The notes beneath the pieces are model-generated. The model saw only the letters and a program-made list of their open reading frames with translations, searched no databases and was not told the DNA's origin. A stretch of DNA of 59,755 nucleotides, filler included, from Squatina squatina (Eukaryota), in NCBI GenBank assembly GCA_031763465.1. It is 3 parts of 3 records of this genome, joined end to end, with 100 filler letters (N's around TTAATTAATTAA, not from the genome) between each part and the next. Parts side by side here need not be neighbours in the genome. Positions count along the whole stretch, not along the records: positions 45,554 to 59,755 come from JARFOE010000176.1; 2 more parts are not named here. One strand, given 5' to 3'. Of this stretch, positions 50,736 through 59,755 are shown piece by piece; position 1 is the first letter of the stretch; each line of letters starts with the position of its first letter. The position numbers were made by a program, and so were the translations under genes.

Positions 50736-53700
50736 TATTGTGGTTGCATAGTCTGGAATCACCGTTGAAGCTAACAGAACAAGAAAATGATAACAATGTC
50801 ATGGCGTCTCTGCTGCATAATTTTGAGGGTTTCTGGGAGGTGTGTAAATTGTGGAATCCATATCGCATTTTTCTGGGGTTACTATTAGGACAGTATCTCA
50901 TGGAACAGATTTGAGGCTTGCCACACTCACAGTTTTCCGTTATTACCTCCGGTGTGTTTCTTCATGGCCTGAACTAGATTGTGCATTTTGAAAGTGTAAA
51001 TTTAGAGATGTCAAAATTACTCTCTGGGGAAAAAAGAAAGTAATAGCTTTCCAAAAGAGTTTGTCAATGGATGTAATGAGCCAATTAGCAGCAAATCGGA
51101 ATACAAAGATAGAAAAGTGTTAGAGCTCGGAGCAGGCAATTAGCGAAATCAACAAGCCCCATTATTTTTGGCATGAGGTTGTCATTAGCTGGTTTGCTCC
51201 AGACCAGAAATCTTCCCACCATTCCCATAATGACAAAACAGTTGAAAACTGTCCAATTATTCATTAGGGAATAGCGAACAGAGAAGGTTTAATTGGCTGA
51301 CTTGTTAAAAAAAACTGTGCTGTTTCCAGGTACTATTAACACCATGTGGGAAAAACCAAGGCTGACTTAAANNNNNNNNNNNNNNNNNNNNNNNNNNNNN
51401 NNNNNNNNNNNNNNNNNNNNNNNNNNNNNNNNNNNNNNNNNNNNNNNNNNNNNNNNNNNNNNNNNNNNNNNTAACGATATCAGTCTGGCTAGGCTGGTTT
51501 TGAATCATTGGCCAAGCATGATTACAAAGTGAGTTCTTATCTATCCCATATTCACTTTCCTTTCCTTAAAATTCACTGGTGACTATACACCCTTTTCCAG
51601 CATCTTGTTTGTGTTCAGTTATATTGAAAGCAAATTGCTTCCAATATATTTTCTTTATAACGCCAATTTTCCCTTATTCAGTAGTTCAGATAAATTTTAT
51701 TGCGAGATGAGATTCAATGTGTTTTCTGCATGAGGTGCAAGGTTTTATAGGAATCGGTTTAGTCTGTCTTATCACTCAAAGGAACAATAAAATTCATCAA
51801 GCCATAGACCCATCACAGCGCACTGGAGTGCAGAAGGAACACTCTAACATGGAGCAGGACTGAATGTGAGGTATTAACAACGAGTGTCCTTTGTGACTTA
51901 CACAATATCTAGATGATTATCAAAGCATCTAGTTTACTTTGCAGTTTTAATACTAATTGCTTCGAAGCAACAGGTTGATGTATAGTTCACAGGCATTCTT
52001 CAGATGTACAAATAATACAGTTTATCTGCATAACAGTGAAATAAGCCAATGTAACATTGCAAATAGATTATATAATGCTCCAGTATAGCATTATTTCACC
52101 AGTAATATATTACGGCTAGTAAACTTGCAGCTGCATGCCTTGCGTTATAACATTTGTAACAAGCGCATTATGATAGAAACATAGAAAATAGGAGCAGGAG
52201 TAGGCCATTTGGCCCATCGAGCCNNNNNNNNNNNNNNNNNNNNNNNNNNNNNNNNNNNNNNNNNNNNNNNNNNNNNNNNNNNNNNNNNNNNNNNNNNNNN
52301 NNNNNNNNNNNNNNNNNNNNNNNAATGTGGTAATGACGAGATGCTGATTGAGGGATAAATATTAGCCAGGACACCGGGGATAACTTCCCTGCTCTGAATG
52401 ATGATGGGACCTAGATTTACTGAATAGATTTTTCTCATTCTTCGGTTCCACACGGTGGGAGCAGGTTAGTTCAAATGATAGCCAAGGCTGAGTTTACCCA
52501 ATGAGAGTTAGCAAGACCAAATGGATCTCAAAGTTGGTATTTTAATTTAAGATAGCTGACTGGGTTGGCAAATGATGTTCTCCAGAGAGATTTTTTTTTA
52601 ACTTATGGGGCATAAATAACAGTTGATACAGTGGAATATACAATGGGTCTTTCAGCACATGAAAGAGAAAAACAGGGTAACTTTCACCAAACTTCTGCAT
52701 CTTTATTAAAATTTCATTAGGCTTCAGAGTATTTAAATAGTTTCTACTTTGCTGAGGTTAGTCAGTACGCAGCTGTTCATGCAGAATGCTGCCCAGACTA
52801 ATCAATTCTTTCACAACAGTCACTAATTCTAATATGTGTGCCTTTGTGAATCAATATAATTTTACTTCTTTACAGATTTTCTGCTGTCATCTGCTGGAAA
52901 CGAAATTATAGATGCCTTCGTTTGCCATATCCGGTTACAAAACACTGAACCTCAGGCCTTGCCAAGTACTGAGTCTGCACAAAATGCAGTTCATTTCCAC
53001 AATTTATTAGCCTCACAGTTGACAATGCCCTACACATTTAACAGAGGCTGTTGACAAATCACTGAACTTTTCTTCCTAGATATGACACAGGGTGTGCGTT
53101 TAAATGGAAGTAAGAAATTACAGGGCAAACTCGAAATGAGCAGCTTTCCCCATTTCCAAAGTACATTTGCCAGCTACGTCATATCGATGGTGGTGTCTTA
53201 CAATACTCCCTCTTCTGCAGTTACATAGATCAGTGAATCTTACCAGACAACTGACAGAGATCTGTTATTCATGAGGATTGCTTAATGATGCCTGTGACAG
53301 GGGTCTGTTAGTCATATGGATCGTTTGATGCCTGCAGCTAACATACTTAACACCACTCCTCAGTAACATTCTGAAAGCAGATGGACCCTTTTAAACCATT
53401 AGCCTTGTATCCGTCTCACGCTGAGCACCTACTCGAGGTAATTTTGTACTTTTCTAGCCTTTCCAGTCCCTTTATTTGACATTCTCTGAAACCCTTATCT
53501 GTCAGACCAGCTGTAGGACTTATTGGTCAAATTTAGTGCTTGGTAGGTGGACTCGCTCATCACATGCGTTGTACATACCTAGTGTCGACTGCCAAAAACA
53601 ACAGAAAGTTCACAAGCTCTGTATCAAAAGCATTTTGTGTCTGTAATATTACTGCTAGCTCACCACATAATGCACTATAGAATCATAGCATCTAACAGCA

Positions 53701-54177
53701 CAGAAGGAGGCTATTCGGCCCATCATGCCTGTGCTGGTTCTTTGAAAGAGTGATCCAATCGACTCCCACAGCTCTGCTTTTTCTCCATAGCCCTGAAAAT
53801 GAGTCATCTTTAAGTACCATGTTATTGCTACTGGTAATAAAATAATGAATTACCTTTTGCATTTTCAGAGTACTCTAGAATCTGAAAATACAGGACACAG
53901 ATCTAGATGATAGAAGTACATAGAAGTTCTAACATAGAACATTTGTCCCGGTCAGTCCATATTGATGTTTATGCTCTGTATGAGGAGTAGTTCTAACCCT
54001 ATATGCTTGCCTGCAACAACCTATCTAATGTTGACATGGGATCTTCTTCAAACAGTAACTCTCATTGTGAATTCCACNNNNNNNNNNNNNNNNNNNNNNN
54101 NNNNNNNNNNNNNNNNNNNNNNNNNNNNNNNNNNNNNNNNNNNNNNNNNNNNNNNNNNNNNNNNNNNNNNNNNNNNN

Positions 54178-54510
54178 GGCTTACCACGTATTCTGAGACT
54201 GTGACCCCTGGTTCTGGACTCCCCAACCAGGGGAAACATCCTCCCTGCATCTAGCCTGTCTGGTCCTGTTAGAATTTGACAGGTTTCCTCAGCCCAGAAT
54301 TGGACACAATACTCCAGCTGGGGCTGAATTAGTATTTTATTTAGGTTTAGCATAACCTTCTGGCTTTTTACTCCTTCCAATGGCTGAAGAGTTGATAACG
54401 AGAGGGCACAGATATAAACTAATTAGCAAAAGAGCCAGAGGCAACATGAGGAACAACTATTTTACACAACAAGCGGCAAGGACTTGGAATACACTGCCTA
54501 AGAGGGAGGG
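54178..54510. mobile_element. Juxtaposed CR1 fragments in both orientations
   Basis: Minus strand LEYCVQFW/GESRTRGHSLRIRG; plus strand ITRGHRYKL...FTQ..WNTLP. Confidence 0.75.
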
Positions 54511-55399
54511 GTCAACAGTAAGGGTGAGGCATAGCGTGGAGCTATTTATGAAGCCCAGAATTCCATATTCTTTGTCAGCCTGTCCTGCCACCTTCAAAGA
54601 TTTGTGCACAATCGTCCCCAGATCTTTCTGTCTTGCACCCCTTTTAAAGTTGTACCATTTAGTAAGTATGGTCTTTCCTCATTCTTCCGAGCAAAATGTA
54701 TATCGGTATTCCATACTAATTTGCTAGAAACAAGGGCTCCCATCCTTCCTAGTAGCTGCCCTCCTTTCAGCAACTGTCAGGTTGTTTTTGGAGGTAGCAC
54801 CCTTAGGATATTCTTGATTGCTGCTGATGCGGTGCCTCCTTCAATTGAACCCCCCTTTTCCAGACAATCAAATGGATTTGATAGTCTTCCAAATAGTGCT
54901 GATTGCTAAGAATATCTTCTTGACCTTTATATCATTTATGCCCAGGCTTTTCAAAAAGAGTTATTGACTTTTTTTTAAAAAGACCAGCCAGTTGTTTAAA
55001 AAAGATTCTGTGACTGAATCTTTAATTTGGTTTTCCAAAAGTATGGCTTCTTTGTCAACTTAATTGGGCTTGCAATTTTTTCTTACCTCCAGTAGAAACG
55101 CAGTAAACCAGACTCATTAACATAGGTCATTTGGTTCATTTCCAATTGTTGGAAGTTTTTAACTAAAATAATTTATCAGTCTTGCCTCTGAATTATTTAA
55201 CTAGACGTTGGCACTGAAAATGTGATTATATGGATAAGATACATGGGAACAACACCCTCTGTTTTTTTTTTACACAACAGCGACTGTACTTAAAACAATA
55301 CTTTAGTGATTATGAAGTGCTTTGTGATGTCCTGAAGAAATGATATGGTGCTATATAATTACATCCTTTATGCTTTCTCTCTTTATCTTCAAAATAGCT

Positions 55400-55720
55400 T
55401 TGACACATTGGGGAGAACTGAAAGATGATTCCAGGACAGGTTGTTGGAATTATACGTCTTATATTGCAGAAAGGACGATTGAGAAGGGACATGATACGGG
55501 TCTTTAAAATGCTGAAAGACATGAATAATGTAAACAGAAGCTGGTTGTTCAATATAAACTGCGGGACTAAGGAACAAAATTGGTCGGGTTCAAGGATAAG
55601 ATTTAAGGATTTCCCACAGTAGGTACTGGAATGAAGTCCCTTCAGAAACGTTTTAATGCATTGGTATTTAATTTATTTTAAGACACCTAGACAAATATTT
55701 GATTGATTTAATTGTAAAAA
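55400..55720 (+). mobile_element. Old CR1 3' fragment
   Basis: LQKGRLRRDMIRVFKMLKDMNNV. Confidence 0.65.
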
Positions 55721-56236
55721 GGGCTGAAGGCTAGAAGATTGGTAGAAGCATAAAGCAGACACGACATGGAGCACCGTGACTCCAGTCCAGTTCTGAGATA
55801 TCATCAGTGGAATGTAACAGATTGAAATTAATCCTGTCAGATTGATTTTCTGAAACTTTTCACTCAGGTGGTTTAAGGCTAAGAAGCGCTATCTCTCTGG
55901 TTGTGGCCAATTCTGCAGTTCCGCCACAGTGACGGCAGGACTGCTCCTCCTTGTGCTCAATGCATGTCACAGCGCATTGACCTGACCTTGCCCCGAGTTT
56001 CTGAAGGCCTCAGTTAGATTATTAGAAACTTTCCCTGTAAACATTGGCCCGGGCTCAGAGAGGATGGAGGGGCACGAGTACCCAGCTCCTGGGACAGAAG
56101 CATATGGGTGAAATATCTGTGGGGATGTTACTTTTTGCAGCTTAATATTTTGTAATATTTGTCAACCTTTCCAAAGGCTGTAGACAGTGGCAGAGTGTGG
56201 GGGTGGGAGGCACAGTGAGAAAAAGGAAGTGTCAAG

Positions 56237-56364
56237 AAAAAAAAACAGAAAATGCTGGAAATACTCAGCAGGTCAGGCAGCATCTGTGGTGAGAGAAACA
56301 GAGTTAACGTTACAGGTCGATGACCTTTCTTCAAAACAGGTAAAAGTTAGAAATGTAACAGTAT
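56237..56364 (-). mobile_element. Penelope-type terminal repeat
   Basis: aaatgctggaaatactcagcaggtcaggcagcatctgtg is the reverse complement of the 50690-50730 motif. Confidence 0.65.
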
Positions 56365-56559
56365 NNNNNNNNNNNNNNNNNNNNNNNNNNNNNNNNNNNN
56401 NNNNNNNNNNNNNNNNNNNNNNNNNNNNNNNNNNNNNNNNNNNNNNNNNNNNNNNNNNNNNNNNTATGACTTCATTCGATCTCTGGCTATTTGTTATCCT
56501 TATTCCTTCCTTTAGTTTGCCCTTCGCTCTCTTTTCCTTTTTTTTATTGTTAGGTTTCT

Positions 56560-57110
56560 GTAACTTCCAGCAGTTCTCTCCCACTGGATTGGATTTGTCC
56601 TGTTTATTGTGGACAGGACATACCTCGGCAATTTTCCACATTGTCAGGTCGTTGCCAGTGTTGTAGCTCTACTGGAACAGCTTGGCTGGAGGCAAGGCTA
56701 GTTCTGGAACACAAGTCTTTAGCTGCACACTCGGGATGTTGTCCATAGCCTTTTCTCTATCCAGTGTGCTCAGCCCATTCTTGATATCACATGGAGTGAA
56801 TCGAATTGGTTGAAGACTGGCTTCTGTGTTGGGGACCCTAGGAGGAGGCCGAAAGGAATCTTCCATTTGGCACTTCTGGCATAAGATGATTGCTAATGCT
56901 TTGGCCTTGTCCTTTGCACTCACGCGCTGGGTTCCGCCTTAATTGTGGATATTCATGGAGCCTCCTCCTGCCATTACTTGTTTAATTGTCCCCCACCATT
57001 CATGACTGGATGTGGCAGGACTGTAGAGCTTTGATCTGAACTGTTGGTTGTGGGATTCCTTAGCTCTGCCTATAGCACACTACTTACACTATTTATCATT
57101 CATGTAGTCC
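56560..57110 (-). mobile_element. CR1/L2-group LINE RT N-terminal fragment
   Basis: DKAKALA...LD.EKAM.DNIP..LKTC.PELA.P.AKLFQ and WKIAEVCPVHNKQDKSNP. Confidence 0.8.
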
Positions 57111-58124
57111 AGCTTAACTGTGAGTGTATTGCCCTTATTCAGGTTCTTTTTACACATCGACCAAAGTAAAGACAAAATAATCGGAAAAGAGAAAAGAACC
57201 TACTACAAAAATAAAGAAATTGCTAATGTGTGGGAATACTCTATAGGAGCAAGGATGAAATATTTTCCAGACTGCACCTAAATATCCTCGTGTAGGCATC
57301 ATATTCATAAGTTTTGCGGCCAGGTAATATTCTCCATGTTCCACATCCTCTCTCGTTATAGCATTGACTGTGGTTTATGAGGGAATTCACATGCACACAG
57401 TTTCCCTTTGAATCCTATGATCAAGTTATGATTAAGCAAGCTGCCCATCCCAATTATACCACACCAGACAATCTCACTACCAATGAGCTTCAGGCAACAG
57501 GCGAGCAGGCAAAAACATCACTGAGTCAGGGGCTGTCCGTGCAAATCGGTCGCAATGCCCCCTCCATGGAGTTGGTTTGACTTTCGCTCCGGTCAGCAGT
57601 TTTCTTTCAGTAAGTTCTGCTATTTTCTTTTCATTTTCCAGTAATGTCCCCAACAAGCAATAAGTAATTTACTGAATGCTCAGCGCTTCCAATCTCCCTG
57701 TGTAATCGAATGTTCAACCTCACAAACCACATTTGCAGCAAGTAGGCTCAAGTGGCTCGATGGGTACCACAGATTGCGTAGATCAGAGTTCCCAGTGGCC
57801 CCTGTCTTGACGACAATGTTACAAAGTACAATCAGTGACTACAGGTCCAATAAGTTTTCCCCCAAAATACAAATACAGTCATTTCCATCAAGGTAAAGAT
57901 CTAATCAAACAATAATTCTTACAGCTCAACAGAAAGTCTTTTCTTTCTTTATTCACTTTGTGACTGGCCTAAGGGGATAAAGGAAACAATAGTAAACACC
58001 AGCTAAAATTGCTTCAGGACCACACCAGAGCGGTGATTACAACATTGGTCTCTTTGAATTAACATTAGTGAGGAACTGTAAGTGAATTTCATTCCTGTGT
58101 TTTGTGCCATTTTATATTATTTTG

Positions 58125-58500
58125 AAGAATGAAGGGTGATCTGACCAAGGAGTCTAAAGTGTTAAAAGGATTTTTTCGAGACAGAGAAACTATTTCCTCT
58201 GTTCGGGGAATCAAGGGCAAGGGGACATACATTTAAAATTCGAGCGAGGCCGTTCAGGAGAGAGGTCAGGAAGCACCTTTTCACACAGAGGGCAGTGGGA
58301 ATCTGGAACTCTCCCCCCCTCCAAAGTGCTGTGGACACTGGGGGCCAATTGGAGCTTTCTAAACTGAGTTTGGTAACATTTGTAAGATAAGGATATGGAG
58401 AGAAGGCAGGTAAATGTTGAAATGCCGATCGTCCATGATCTGATAGAATGGTGGAACAGGCTCGAGGGGCTGAATGGCCTCCTCCTGTTCCTACATTTCT
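58125..58500 (+). mobile_element. CR1 LINE 3' end (a second tail lies at 58880-58968)
   Basis: ttcacacagagggcagtgggaatctggaactc...ctcgaggggctgaatggcctcctcctgttcct. Confidence 0.85.
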
Positions 58501-59755
58501 AAAAAGTTGACAGGAAGTGTGTACAGATGGAGAATGTTTAATATATTAATAGATTAATAGGTAATATATTAATAGTCATGGAGAGAGCGGTCGGCAACAG
58601 AAGTAGGCACAGCACTAAATGAGCATTTACATCCATGTTGACGTTTATTTTAGTGATTCAGAGAGCAGAGGTCAATGGCTTTATATCGAGAATTAGATTG
58701 CTTTGGACTGTTTATCAATGGAAATGGAGGTCAAGCTTTTTAATTTTAAACTAACGCCTCGCTCCGCCCCACACTCGGANNNNNNNNNNNNNNNNNNNNN
58801 NNNNNNNNNNNNNNNNNNNNNNNNNNNNNNNNNNNNNNNNNNNNNNNNNNNNNNNNNNNNNNNNNNNNNNNNNNNNNNNAGGAGTTGAGATGCAGATCAA
58901 CCAGGATCTGATTGAATGGTGGAGCAGGCTCGAGGGGTTGAATGGCCTCCTCCTGTTCTTGTGTTCCTATTTCTCGTCTTTTCCCAGGTGATTCTTAAGT
59001 TTTCTTCCGCTTTGAGGACAAATTGCAGATGTTCTTTTACTCTTCTAGGATTGATAGCCAACGCCTGGTGCACTCCTCCATTCTCCCACCTTGCCTGCCA
59101 CTTAGGTTGTCATCATGGCTTGACCATAAAATAATTTCTTACTGACTTTTAAAATCCAGGTACTGATAGTTTGCAACTGTAACTCAATATCAATATCTGT
59201 ATATTGGTTCATTTCCAAAATCTCCAACAGTGCTCAAGAAGATAGTCCCCTTACCTGAATAACATAGATAATGATGTGTCACGCAGGGTCTCTTAGTTTT
59301 ACAGAGCTCTCGATTATCTAGCTGCCACTGCAGATATATTGTGCTGCTTGTAACTGAGTGACAGACTGTTCCACTGTCCAATGAGGAAGAAATGGGGGAT
59401 CTGTGTCATTAATCAGGACTGAGGAAATACACTTGATAGCAGCGAGCAACCTCCACAACAATAAGNNNNNNNNNNTCTGCAAGACCAGGGATTTCCCAGG
59501 CCTATTAAATTTAAAACAATTTCTGCACCAATGGCTCTTTCTGCTTGGTGCTGCATGCAAAGTTTATTGCCACTTTTGTGATTGCATAGTGATGGATGGG
59601 CCGTCCGCCTGAATGCAATTTGATCCAATGTAACTTTTCAATAAACTGTAGTAAAACAGTCACCTTCAAGAATAAACCAAACATGGGCCGAGTAATTGGT
59701 TCGTGCCAGCCTGCATTCCCTGGGCCAGAGAAGGAGGCCTGAGGCACACCCAATA

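Overview
Eukaryotic (vertebrate) genomic DNA, almost certainly from a cartilaginous fish (shark-type CR1, DeuSINE/SacSINE-like, Penelope, RTE and Tx1 repeats). The assembly is fragmented, with dozens of ~100-N and 10-N gaps and two artificial TTAATTAATTAA linkers. Three spliced genes are recognisable in the right half. (1) CDC25C on the minus strand: five exons, with the RSPSMP 14-3-3 site and an intact HCEFSSER catalytic motif; the other exons are probably in gaps. (2) One plus-strand exon of a histone stem-loop binding protein, most likely the oocyte paralogue SLBP2. (3) FAM53C on the plus strand, with a TATA+Inr promoter, two coding exons and no last exon found. The first ~33 kb contain no confidently identifiable exon and are mostly transposon debris, satellites and AT-rich non-coding DNA. 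The most interesting signals are a uORF-packed FAM53C leader with a stop-free alternative frame ending on the main start codon inside a perfect RFX-type palindrome, the SLBP2-like exon, and a CpG-undepleted, foreign-looking repeat at ~45.55-46.2 kb. No prokaryote-type system such as CRISPR is supported.
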